IMG/VR virus record: IMGVR_UViG_3300047157_000150
DNA: 21,001 nucleotides
From: an uncultured virus (IMG/VR IMGVR_UViG_3300047157_000150)
Lineage: Duplodnaviria; Heunggongvirae; Uroviricota; Caudoviricetes
Reading direction: 5' to 3' (one strand)
Shown here: piece after piece, positions 1-8,581 of the stretch
Layout of the letters: every line of letters begins with the position of its first letter
Numbering within the stretch: position 1 is the stretch's first letter
Notes under the pieces: model-generated
What the model was told of the DNA's origin: nothing
What the model saw: only the letters and a program-made list of their open reading frames with translations
The model's database searches: none
Made by a program: the position numbers and the translations under genes

Positions 1-180
1 AGAACTCAAGGAGTATTACGAACACTAATGAAAAGAATTGGTGAAAAGCAAGACCAATTTACAGAAGATGAGGGACATGATGAAGCCTTTGAAGATGGTA
101 ATACTTTATTTTATGCAACTGTCGGTGGATTGATTGATAAAATTAGTGAAGCCTTAGCGGTAAGGGAGGAATATACATGA
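1..180 (+). CDS. Partial hypothetical protein (5' truncated by window edge)
   Basis: Frame 1 is open from base 1 (RTQGVLRTLMKRIGEK...ALAVREEYT) to TGA at 178-180, overlapping the next ATG (ATGA). Confidence 0.7.
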   Translation, partial: RTQGVLRTLMKRIGEKQDQFTEDEGHDEAFEDGNTLFYATVGGLIDKISEALAVREEYT

Positions 181-644
181 GTTGGGAAAATATATTAAAG
201 GTGCGAACTAATGAAGAAACACCTGAAAGATTACACGGTCAAGATACCTTTTTAGTCAACGATGATATATACAGACAAGCCGGAGGTAGAATATTAGGAG
301 AAACCGAAGGTGATAGATTTATGGATATTGAAGATATTGAAGAAGCGATAGGTAGAAAATTAACAATTAGAGATTTTAAAAACCATCATTTGAATTGGAA
401 AAGCAATACTAATAAAACATTATTGGATAGAGTTGGTGGATTTAGAGGTCAACAACAATTAGCAGAAAATCAAATTGCAGAAATGCTCGATGACCTGCAT
501 AGAGGAAAACCCGTTGATTCACCCCGAATGTATTTTAATATTTTTAAGGTTTTTATGGAAATATTCGGAGATACATCTCGTCTTATCGAAGAAGTAAGAT
601 TTGCTTTAAGAACATATATGGATATTCATAGTATAAGGGGTTGA
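177..644 (+). CDS. Hypothetical protein with N-terminal WxxILK tag (MSWENILK)
   Basis: 155-aa ORF with AGGGAGGA RBS just upstream and ATGA coupling; no recognisable family. Confidence 0.8.
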   Translation: MSWENILKVRTNEETPERLHGQDTFLVNDDIYRQAGGRILGETEGDRFMDIEDIEEAIGRKLTIRDFKNHHLNWKSNTNKTLLDRVGGFRGQQQLAENQIAEMLDDLHRGKPVDSPRMYFNIFKVFMEIFGDTSRLIEEVRFALRTYMDIHSIRG

Positions 645-648
645 TAAT

Positions 649-855
649 ATGACATGGCAAAATATACTTAAACTTGATTGGCGTGAAATGCTTGATTCTT
701 ATATTACGGAAGACAGTTTATTTGAAAACATTTATAAACATCTTACGAACAGTCTTGGTTATAACGCACCATCGCAAGATGAGGTTATCGACTATTTAGA
801 AGAGAATTACGAAAGACATAAATTATGGACAAACTTATGGAGTGTGAAAGAATGA
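649..855 (+). CDS. Small acidic hypothetical protein with WxxILK tag (MTWQNILK)
   Basis: 68-aa ORF starting 4 nt after the previous stop; GGGGTTGA upstream. Confidence 0.8.
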   Translation: MTWQNILKLDWREMLDSYITEDSLFENIYKHLTNSLGYNAPSQDEVIDYLEENYERHKLWTNLWSVKE

Positions 856-1097
856 CATGGAAAGACGAGATTAAAAAACGAAGTTTAATGACAATGGGGC
901 CGAGGGATTTTATTACAGCAACTCTATTTCACGATTACGGTATTACACAAGATGTAATTGAAATGGTTGTAGACAAGATTCTATTCTTTAACGCCAGCGA
1001 AGACCAATTACAAAGAGCAATGAGCCGAGCAAGTAGGGAGAAAATTTCCCCCCTTCGTGCTTTAAGTTTAATTATGATGGAAGAAAACCCCGTTTAA
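852..1097 (+). CDS. Hypothetical protein with tag variant (MTWKDEIKK)
   Basis: Start moved from 825 to ATG 852, which overlaps the previous TGA (ATGA) and places the shared motif at the N-terminus. Confidence 0.75.
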   Translation: MTWKDEIKKRSLMTMGPRDFITATLFHDYGITQDVIEMVVDKILFFNASEDQLQRAMSRASREKISPLRALSLIMMEENPV

Positions 1098-1112
1098 AAT
1101 TAGGTGATTATT

Positions 1113-1337
1113 ATGACATGGAAAGATATTGTAAAACAACAAGACCTTAGCGATGCCCAAAAGAGAAGTTTATCGGAAGGTGTTAAGAAAACAGGTGTTT
1201 GTCCAAGATGTAAAGAAAGTGTTGTTCTATACAGTATGTGTCCATTAAACTTGAAAGAATATCCAGCAAGACCAAGTTGCCCTATGAAGCAAAAGGAACA
1301 ATCACGAGCAAGGGGATTTCCAACAAAATTAGACTGA
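1113..1337 (+). CDS. Small Cys-rich, putative zinc-binding protein with tag (MTWKDIVK)
   Basis: AGGTGA RBS at 1102-1107 precedes ATG 1113; contains CPRC...CPL...CPM. Confidence 0.75.
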   Translation: MTWKDIVKQQDLSDAQKRSLSEGVKKTGVCPRCKESVVLYSMCPLNLKEYPARPSCPMKQKEQSRARGFPTKLD

Positions 1338-1346
1338 GGGATTAAC

Positions 1347-1574
1347 TTGTGGTTCGATACATTGCGTAAGAAAAGTAAGTCTCGCCGCAAGAAGGGTTCA
1401 AAACAGGCTAAGAAAAAAGGCAGAAAGAAAAAGAAATCCAAGACCAAGAAAGACGCTTGTTATCGCAAAGTAAGAAGTCGTTATAAAAAATGGCCTTCTG
1501 CCTACGCTTCCGGTGCTTTAGTCCAATGTCGTAAAAAGGGTGCGGCTAATTGGGGTAATTCAAAAAAGAAGTGA
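1347..1574 (+). CDS. Very basic small protein (Lys/Arg tract plus DACYxKV...WPSAYASGALVxCR module)
   Basis: TTG start after a GAGGGA RBS; begins MWFDTLRK (tag variant). The C-terminal module resembles one I recall from marine phage hypothetical proteins (unverified). Confidence 0.75.
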   Translation: MWFDTLRKKSKSRRKKGSKQAKKKGRKKKKSKTKKDACYRKVRSRYKKWPSAYASGALVQCRKKGAANWGNSKKK

Positions 1575-1578
1575 TAAC

Positions 1579-2478
1579 ATGTGGCGGGAAATACTCAAGG
1601 AAGAATCCAAATGGATGAACAGTCTTTCTGCGAGTAAGCAAAAACTTCTCGATTCCGAACCTTCTTTTGAAGTAGACATTCCTAAACTTTCATTTCCCGA
1701 TAACGAAGAGGAACTACCAAAGGTTCTAAAAATCATGGAAGGTCAAGACTTAGATAAAAAAACTATTAACGACTTAGATAAAAATAACCATAAGATGTTG
1801 CTCGACATTGTTGGTGAAAAAATGTCCGAATGGGAAGATTTTATAGAAGATGTGGACATTCATACCATACGACTTAAAATGAAATACGGTAGAAAGCGAC
1901 CATATGAAATCTCGGATAAAATTAAGTCTGTGACAAATACAGACGATACACCTTCTTTTCCAAGCGGCCACGCTATTGAAGCACATGCGTTGGCTAAAGT
2001 TCTCGGTGAGAAATACCCCGATAAGAAAAAAGAACTTAATACTATGGCAGATTCAATTTCTCTCTCCCGTGTTCAAATGGGAAATCATTACCCAAGTGAT
2101 ATAGAAGCAGGTAAAAAGGTAGGACTTATGCTTGCCGATGCGTATTTGGATATTTCTAAATCTTGGGAAGATATTTTACAAAAGAAAAGTAAGGCTCGTC
2201 GTAAAAAGTCTTCTAAGAAATATAAGAAGAAAAAGCGTCGAAGTGGCGATAACTTTAAGAGAGAGAAGTCAGAAGGCTTACATGGGTGGTTCTCTCGAAG
2301 AGGTGGAAAGGAAGGTAAAGGAAAGAAAACACAGGGAGGATGGATTGACTGTTCTTCATGTGGAAAGAAAAACGGACCTAAACCTTGTGGAAGAAAAGAC
2401 GCTTCAAAGGGTAGAAAGAGAAGATGCCGCCCAACTTGTGCGGCTTGTAAAACTTACAAAAGGAGGAAGGGAAAATGA
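1579..2478 (+). CDS. PAP2-superfamily (acid phosphatase/vanadium haloperoxidase-like) domain fused to a basic Cys-rich C-terminal domain
   Basis: All three PAP2 motifs are present: K-x6-RP (KMKYGRKRP), PSGH and SR-x5-H-x3-D (SRVQMGNHYPSD). Start moved to ATG 1579 (MWREILK; GTGA upstream). Confidence 0.85.
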   Translation: MWREILKEESKWMNSLSASKQKLLDSEPSFEVDIPKLSFPDNEEELPKVLKIMEGQDLDKKTINDLDKNNHKMLLDIVGEKMSEWEDFIEDVDIHTIRLKMKYGRKRPYEISDKIKSVTNTDDTPSFPSGHAIEAHALAKVLGEKYPDKKKELNTMADSISLSRVQMGNHYPSDIEAGKKVGLMLADAYLDISKSWEDILQKKSKARRKKSSKKYKKKKRRSGDNFKREKSEGLHGWFSRRGGKEGKGKKTQGGWIDCSSCGKKNGPKPCGRKDASKGRKRRCRPTCAACKTYKRRKGK

Positions 2479-2822
2479 CTTGGCAAGACATATTAAAAAG
2501 GGGTGGAGGTCGAGTAAAAGTTAATATGTCTCTTTTTAGAGAAGCCCTCGGAACCGCTTCGGCTTCCCTAAACACATTTACTCTTCCGGAAATTTTACCA
2601 CTTGCACAAGAATTATATAAAGAGTATTTACTTAGGGATGGCATTTATACTAATGCTACCCATGCCGAGCGTCATGCTACAACAGTTTTTAGAACCCGTG
2701 GTAGAGCCGCGGGATTTTTTGGTAGGATTATTAATAATCTAGGGGTTCATCGTCATACTACCCGAAGAAAAAAACTACCATCGGGAAAAAAAGAAACTAT
2801 TTACGAAAGAGTGGAGGGATAG
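2475..2822 (+). CDS. Basic hypothetical protein with tag (MTWQDILK), possibly nucleic-acid binding
   Basis: 115-aa Arg-rich ORF with AGGAGG upstream and ATGA overlap. Confidence 0.8.
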   Translation: MTWQDILKRGGGRVKVNMSLFREALGTASASLNTFTLPEILPLAQELYKEYLLRDGIYTNATHAERHATTVFRTRGRAAGFFGRIINNLGVHRHTTRRKKLPSGKKETIYERVEG

Positions 2823-2825
2823 AAA

Positions 2826-3323
2826 ATGAATTGGAAAAATAGCCTAAAGAAAACTCAATCTAAACTTCCTATAAATTTAGAATCTACTCCAAAGAAAGTA
2901 CAACCACCTATTCCCGAAGAAACAAAAAATATCCCAAAAAATAAACAATCGAAACTTCCCGAAGAATTAACGCAGGGGGCCACCGTTTCTACAATTCCGG
3001 CAGAAAAATGGGGGGAAGAAGTTCCTGAAGAAAAACCGCCGGAAGAAGACAATACAACAACACAATCAAATGTTAAGAATTTTACTAAGTCGGAAGTTAG
3101 TGATACCGATTTAAGAGCAGATGTAATTAAAGAACTTGTTGAAGGTCTAAAAAAATTATTAGAACTTATCAAGGGAATGGATTTAGTCGCACCAAATATC
3201 CCCATGGGGGTTAAGGGTAATCTTGAAACAGAAATCGCAAGTCAATATTCTACTTTAATGGGTTCTTGGGATGAATTAAAGGACATAATGTATAAAATCC
3301 AATATCAATTACAAAACGATTAA
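2826..3323 (+). CDS. Hypothetical protein with tag variant (MNWKNSLK); Pro/Glu-rich N-half, helical C-half
   Basis: 165-aa ORF with GGAGGG RBS upstream; short internal repeat QSKLP occurs twice. Confidence 0.8.
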   Translation: MNWKNSLKKTQSKLPINLESTPKKVQPPIPEETKNIPKNKQSKLPEELTQGATVSTIPAEKWGEEVPEEKPPEEDNTTTQSNVKNFTKSEVSDTDLRADVIKELVEGLKKLLELIKGMDLVAPNIPMGVKGNLETEIASQYSTLMGSWDELKDIMYKIQYQLQND

Positions 3324-3325
3324 TC

Positions 3326-3340
3326 AATAAACTATAAATA
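3326..3340 (+). promoter_or_regulatory. Putative archaeal-type promoter (A-rich BRE plus TATA box TATAAATA)
   Basis: AATAAAC-TATAAATA lies in one of the few intergenic gaps (3324-3373), about 34 nt upstream of ATG 3374. Confidence 0.5.
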
Positions 3341-3373
3341 CCCCATTCCTCTAACAGGTAAATAGGGATTCAT

Positions 3374-3559
3374 ATGAGTACAGAAGAAAAAATAGAAGAT
3401 GCCGCTGATATTGCTGAGGACATTGTAGAATTAGCAGAAGACTTAGGGCTTATTTCTGAAGGCCAAGAAAAAAAATATAAGGCTTTAATTCAAAAAATCT
3501 TGCCTACTTTGGCAGGTGTCATAGGTGGCGCAGTTACAACTTACATGATGCTTAAGTGA
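3374..3559 (+). CDS. Small acidic protein with C-terminal hydrophobic (putative transmembrane) segment
   Basis: 61 aa; acidic N-terminus and C-terminal ILPTLAGVIGGAVTTYMML. Confidence 0.75.
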   Translation: MSTEEKIEDAADIAEDIVELAEDLGLISEGQEKKYKALIQKILPTLAGVIGGAVTTYMMLK

Positions 3560-3564
3560 TGTAA

Positions 3565-5262
3565 ATGGACCAATTGCGTTTAGATAGTGTGCGTAAGGAG
3601 TTAAGTCCTGTTCGTAAAGAAATTTCTACTACCTATCAAGATAGGTTAAAAAAACTTAGTGTTAGAAATATGCTTTTATTTAAAGTAGAATTTATAGACG
3701 GTTTAGAAAGGGGCGGTACTTTTTATAACTATGTTGAGGAAGTTAATGAAACCAGAAAGGAGTTTAATAGACCTCCCCACGACATTAGTAAAATTAAATC
3801 ACTAGCGGAAAAAACCTATAATCGCTTATACCCGGAGTCTTATGAAAGGGTATTAAATTTAAAATATAACGATAGTCAATTTTTTAGTGATAGAATTAAC
3901 GGTGAAGAACCTTCACAATGGGTGGAAGGTAATATACAGGAAATTTATGAAGAAACTCTTAGGGGTAATTTTTTCCCTTTAGTTAATAGTATGAATATAA
4001 TTGGTACTTACTCTTCTTCTTCACAGAGTAAAAAATCAAAGTTTACTAATAAAATTAAAAATTTATTTTCACTTATTACACCGGACAATGAAAGGTGGAA
4101 TAAATTAGATAAAAGTGACATAGATACTCAAGTCTTTTTTACCTCTTTACAAAAAATACACAAAGAGAAAGAAAGGGTCTTTCAGGTAAAGCCTGAAAAA
4201 GTGAGAAAAATTTTCAATACCCCTCTAGGTAATGAAGAAATTGAAAACATAGTTAAAATATACGCCCATCTAATAAATAGAACGGATAAAAAATTAGATA
4301 GTCCATTGGTGTACTTTATAGGTGATGGAAAAAATCTTGTGGTTAAAACTCTTTTTTTGAATAAAATTTTAAACTTAGATTCCGAATCAGGTTCCGACGC
4401 AATAGAAACTTTAGTTTCTAATATTTTAACTTACAAAGACCGAGGGAAAAAAAGAGTTGGTGTGGGTCAATCCTTAATAACAAGAAGAAGTACCTCGGAA
4501 TGGGCATCTTCTTATTTTGATAAATTATTAAAAATAACTGAAAACGAACCCGTGGATTTAGTGACAGAATTTTCAATAGGTAATATATTAGTTTCTTCAG
4601 AAAGAGATGAAAATGGTAAATTTATTTTATTACAAGGTGCTAAAAAAGAAGCCGAGGATTATTTAATGACTGAGAGTAAAAAACCAAATACTTCAGAAAA
4701 TCAAGAATTTAGTAAATGGAAAAGTAGTTTAGCAATACCGGAAGCAGATATTAAAAACATAGCGACAAGGGATATGCCTAAAGACATGGGTAGAATTTTA
4801 GAACTTTTTACAGTTTATACAAGTCTTACAGACGAACCGCTAATAGTGCCTCCAAATTACACCCCTTCTATACTAGATACTAATTCATCAAATATCGAAC
4901 AAAAGACCCTACAATTATTGAATATTATTTCTTTTGCTTCAAGTTTTTCTAATGAAGGTATGGCAAAAATAAATGCAACCCTGCCTTTAATTTCTAAAGA
5001 CCCCGATGATACACCTAGAACTTATTGGTTTGAATTAAAGGAACAAGATTACCAACAATACAGTAAAGATTTAGAAGAAGGGGTTGAAATGCTATTAGAG
5101 TCTTTACCATTAAAAATAAAAAATATTATTGTAGAGGCACTTTTAACATTAGAGGCTGAAGAAATCGAATCTAAAGGAAATTATATAATGGTAAATTATG
5201 ATGGAGATAAATTAAATCCTCATGAATTTTTAAAGATGATGTTAATAAAGGTGGTAAGATGA
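3565..5262 (+). CDS. Large hypothetical protein (565 aa)
   Basis: Long uninterrupted ORF; no motif recognised. Confidence 0.85.
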   Translation: MDQLRLDSVRKELSPVRKEISTTYQDRLKKLSVRNMLLFKVEFIDGLERGGTFYNYVEEVNETRKEFNRPPHDISKIKSLAEKTYNRLYPESYERVLNLKYNDSQFFSDRINGEEPSQWVEGNIQEIYEETLRGNFFPLVNSMNIIGTYSSSSQSKKSKFTNKIKNLFSLITPDNERWNKLDKSDIDTQVFFTSLQKIHKEKERVFQVKPEKVRKIFNTPLGNEEIENIVKIYAHLINRTDKKLDSPLVYFIGDGKNLVVKTLFLNKILNLDSESGSDAIETLVSNILTYKDRGKKRVGVGQSLITRRSTSEWASSYFDKLLKITENEPVDLVTEFSIGNILVSSERDENGKFILLQGAKKEAEDYLMTESKKPNTSENQEFSKWKSSLAIPEADIKNIATRDMPKDMGRILELFTVYTSLTDEPLIVPPNYTPSILDTNSSNIEQKTLQLLNIISFASSFSNEGMAKINATLPLISKDPDDTPRTYWFELKEQDYQQYSKDLEEGVEMLLESLPLKIKNIIVEALLTLEAEEIESKGNYIMVNYDGDKLNPHEFLKMMLIKVVR

Positions 5263-7856
5263 ATATTATAAGTGAAGATGAATTTGGAACTATGTTGGAG
5301 AATTTTTTCAACGAACTTCCTAAAAAGAGAAGTGGGAATAGACCGGATTTTACCTCTATTGATAATATGTTTAAAATTGATTTTTATGGAAGTATGAAAA
5401 GAAGAGGTGAAAAAAATAATGTTAAAACACCTGAAGAAATGCTAAAAGTCGTTGCGTTGATAGACTTCGGTACTGAACTTCCTAGTATTAGTGTTGGAGA
5501 TAGACAAGTATTTACCGCTAGAGATTCAATTAATTTATCTACGGGTTATAAATTTGCTGAACAAGTTTTAAAGTTATTAAAATTGTCTGACGAACAAATA
5601 AACCAAATAGGTGCTCAAGGCGGGGAACAATTTATTAACGAATTGTCGAGTATAGAAAATCTTGAATATGTAAGAGACTATCCCGAAATAGAAACATTTT
5701 TACAGAAATTAGTAAGTGCTTTAGGTGAAACTAAGGAAGCCCCTGAAATTGAAGTTGACAAAGACTTAGATAAAATTATTCAATTTTTTAGAAAATTCGA
5801 TTTAGATGATAAGAATGATAGAGAGGGTATTTATAAATATTGGGAAGAAACAGACACTTTATTCAATTCTCTTGATAATATAAGTCTCCCTATTTATATG
5901 GATAATTTACAATTTAGAGATGTATTTGGTATAGACGAAGAAACCGGCAAACCCAAAAAGGTTGACCTACAATCAATACAAGACAATCAAGGAGATGACC
6001 GTGAATTAGAAAAATTAGTAAATAATCTTCTAAAGAAGAATATTAAAATTCCTAAATTTACAGTTACATATAAAGGTAATCCTTCGATGGAACAGTTTGA
6101 AAATAAAGTCACCTTAATTAAGTTAGCAAATGAGTTTATTAAACCCATTTTAGGAAATACTGCTAACTACGAAAGGTATTTTGAAGAAGCCGAAGATGTT
6201 AACATGAGAGAAGAAAGGCAATATTCCGAAACAGACACAGGTGTTGAAAGTACGCAGGGTGCTTCTATGGATATATCTGTAAATACTTCCGAAAGTGTAT
6301 TAGAAGATATAAGAAAAATAAAAAGAATAGGCGACCCCCTTTCCCTTCTTAGTGCTTATAATAAAGGTGGATTTTATATTAGTGAAAATCTTGCAGAACA
6401 GTTAAGAGAAATGATTGAGAAAGAACTAGAAAGTGTATTGACTAATGTGAGGCCAGAAATTATAGAAAGTAGATTGATTAAAATTAGGGCCTTTACTGAG
6501 GAATTAATTACTGATTTAGTAAATCGAGATAGTTACACATTTTCTATTATAGATGATTCAAAAAATAAATACTTTTTAAATAAATTAGAAGGAGAGGATG
6601 GTCGCTTTATATTTAACTTAGAATACTATCAGTTAGAATTTAAAATGGGTACTCCTGCCACCGTCGAATTTACAAAAATGGAAAAACCCGTATCATCATA
6701 CATTCAGTATGTTGATGAAGTAAATAAAATGGCTAAGGATTTATTTAAAATTATTGAAAGTGGAAAAAATATTTCTAATCCTACTAAATTTAATAGAAAT
6801 CGAGCAAGAGGTAGTATGAAGGGTAGCGCACAAACAACACTTACTCAAGGTAGAAACTACCCGCCAATAGCAGGTAAATTTGCAGAAGCAAACCCTGATG
6901 ATGTTGGACAGCAATTAGTATTTATTTACGATGAACTTGTTAGAATAGTTAACGGTTATTACTATGAAGCGATGGATGCAAGAATGTTTTTTAAGACAGA
7001 TGCTCCCGACTTTACAAGAGATAAAAATTATAAGAAAATTATTTCTCTTTCTACCAAATCAAGAAAATCTGTATTATCGGGAATGCAAAGAAGAATCACC
7101 ACTACAAGTAATATCCCAATTACAAAGAAAGATTTAATTTCTCTTAATGAATTTTTTGATAAAATAAAATTTTATAGTAGACTTTCAAGTGTAGATGCTA
7201 AAAAATATTTTGAACAAGTTCAACCTATCTTTAGAGATTTATATATGGCAGATTTAGTAATTGGTGATGATGAGAATAAAAGAAATATAGTTACTGACAT
7301 AACCAAGAAAATTAAAAATTCATTGGGTGGATTAATGTTTAAACTCTTGACTTCTGCCGGTACTTTTAATACTGAAATAAATTTAGATGAACAGGTAAAG
7401 GTATTTGGAAAACCTCTCGGTTCATATAAAGAAGCAAATGTTGATTTTTCAGAATTGCAATTGTTTGACATTTTAGAAGACGAAGACTTTATACAGTATT
7501 CCTTAGAATCCGGAATGGATAGAGAGCGTAAAAAATTAATTAATACTATGAAAAATAACCCATTGAGAGTTAAACAAGAAATGGGTGATGTGGAAAATAT
7601 GTATAAATCCTACTTAGAGGCATTAGATTTGATAAGGGATAAGGATAGTCAATTAATATATAAGGCTTATTTAGAAACAGAAAATGTTGAACATATGGAG
7701 TATGTATTAGATTTAATCGCTAAAGAAGATAGAATAGATTTGTATGCTCGTGATGTAGAAGGTATCGTAAATTCTAATTCATCCTTTAATAGTTTATCTG
7801 TTATTTTTGGAGTAAGCACTGATGTTATTTACAAGGTTAAGGGGCTATTTAGATGA
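5259..7856 (+). CDS. Large acidic hypothetical protein (865 aa), possible HTH-like C-terminus
   Basis: Long ORF with AGGTGG RBS and ATGA overlaps at both ends. The C-terminus SFNSLSVIFGVSTDVIYKVKGLFR has an HTH-like pattern (weak). Confidence 0.85.
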   Translation: MNIISEDEFGTMLENFFNELPKKRSGNRPDFTSIDNMFKIDFYGSMKRRGEKNNVKTPEEMLKVVALIDFGTELPSISVGDRQVFTARDSINLSTGYKFAEQVLKLLKLSDEQINQIGAQGGEQFINELSSIENLEYVRDYPEIETFLQKLVSALGETKEAPEIEVDKDLDKIIQFFRKFDLDDKNDREGIYKYWEETDTLFNSLDNISLPIYMDNLQFRDVFGIDEETGKPKKVDLQSIQDNQGDDRELEKLVNNLLKKNIKIPKFTVTYKGNPSMEQFENKVTLIKLANEFIKPILGNTANYERYFEEAEDVNMREERQYSETDTGVESTQGASMDISVNTSESVLEDIRKIKRIGDPLSLLSAYNKGGFYISENLAEQLREMIEKELESVLTNVRPEIIESRLIKIRAFTEELITDLVNRDSYTFSIIDDSKNKYFLNKLEGEDGRFIFNLEYYQLEFKMGTPATVEFTKMEKPVSSYIQYVDEVNKMAKDLFKIIESGKNISNPTKFNRNRARGSMKGSAQTTLTQGRNYPPIAGKFAEANPDDVGQQLVFIYDELVRIVNGYYYEAMDARMFFKTDAPDFTRDKNYKKIISLSTKSRKSVLSGMQRRITTTSNIPITKKDLISLNEFFDKIKFYSRLSSVDAKKYFEQVQPIFRDLYMADLVIGDDENKRNIVTDITKKIKNSLGGLMFKLLTSAGTFNTEINLDEQVKVFGKPLGSYKEANVDFSELQLFDILEDEDFIQYSLESGMDRERKKLINTMKNNPLRVKQEMGDVENMYKSYLEALDLIRDKDSQLIYKAYLETENVEHMEYVLDLIAKEDRIDLYARDVEGIVNSNSSFNSLSVIFGVSTDVIYKVKGLFR

Positions 7857-8581
7857 AGAAGGCTTGGGAAATACTAAAGCGTGTGGATATTCGTAATGCT
7901 GAGGAATACGAAAGGGCGTCTTCGGATGATAGAAGAAAATGGCATAATAGACAGACTAGGGCCTATGAAGTAAGATTAAAACAATTACAACGAACTCATA
8001 ATGTCACTAATGAAGAATCACCGATGTATAAAGAAATGGTAGAATTACAGGAATTGTATAGGTTCCATAAAAGACAAATATATAGGCTGAGAGGGAAAGG
8101 GAGAAACCATAAGGATTTCTATTCCTTAGAATTAGAAACTAATAGAAGAAAACATAAAGGCAATGTCACTCCACAAGGCAATCCTATGCCATACACGGAA
8201 CTGTCACAAGATGTTTATGAAACATTATCGGATAGTGAAAAGATAAAATATCATCATAGTATGTACCATAAAACAGAAGGAGAAGAAAAATTATTTCATA
8301 GTAGAATGTATAGCCGTCTTAGACAAAAAAGTCAACACCCTACCTTTGCTTCCTTAAAACATGGTGGAAAATCTGTTTTAGGATTAACAACCACAAAGGA
8401 AGAATACTATAATATGGATGATATAGATAGGCGTAAATTTCATAATCGTATGAGGTCAAGGGCAGCAAGAAATAATAATTTAGAATTAGTGCGGTTTCAC
8501 AACAGACAATATAATAGATTAAGAAGAAATAGTAGCCTACCTGTATTCTATTCACCCGAACACGAACAGGAGGAACAATAA
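7853..8581 (+). CDS. His/Arg-rich protein with three internal repeats, tag variant (MKKAWEILK)
   Basis: Repeated EEY-x7-R(K)-[WYF]H and FH-x-R-x2-3-RL...F(Y)S units; lies immediately upstream of terL. Confidence 0.8.
   Translation: MKKAWEILKRVDIRNAEEYERASSDDRRKWHNRQTRAYEVRLKQLQRTHNVTNEESPMYKEMVELQELYRFHKRQIYRLRGKGRNHKDFYSLELETNRRKHKGNVTPQGNPMPYTELSQDVYETLSDSEKIKYHHSMYHKTEGEEKLFHSRMYSRLRQKSQHPTFASLKHGGKSVLGLTTTKEEYYNMDDIDRRKFHNRMRSRAARNNNLELVRFHNRQYNRLRRNSSLPVFYSPEHEQEEQ

Noticed and set aside
2132..2524. Alternative-frame + strand ORF of 130 aa
   Set aside because: It lies almost wholly inside the PAP2 fusion gene, with no convincing RBS or motif.
177..3323. CRISPR array or integron attC cassettes explaining the repeated gene starts
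   Set aside because: The repeats are degenerate, coding and irregularly spaced; no palindromic attC-like sites, integrase or cas genes are seen.
3333..3340. T4-type late promoter (TATAAATA)
   Set aside because: The sequence matches, but the head genes are not T4-like and an archaeal TATA box explains it equally well.
7853..8581. Terminase small subunit call based on position
   Set aside because: There is no HTH plus oligomerisation pattern, and the repeat architecture is unlike TerS; position alone is insufficient.
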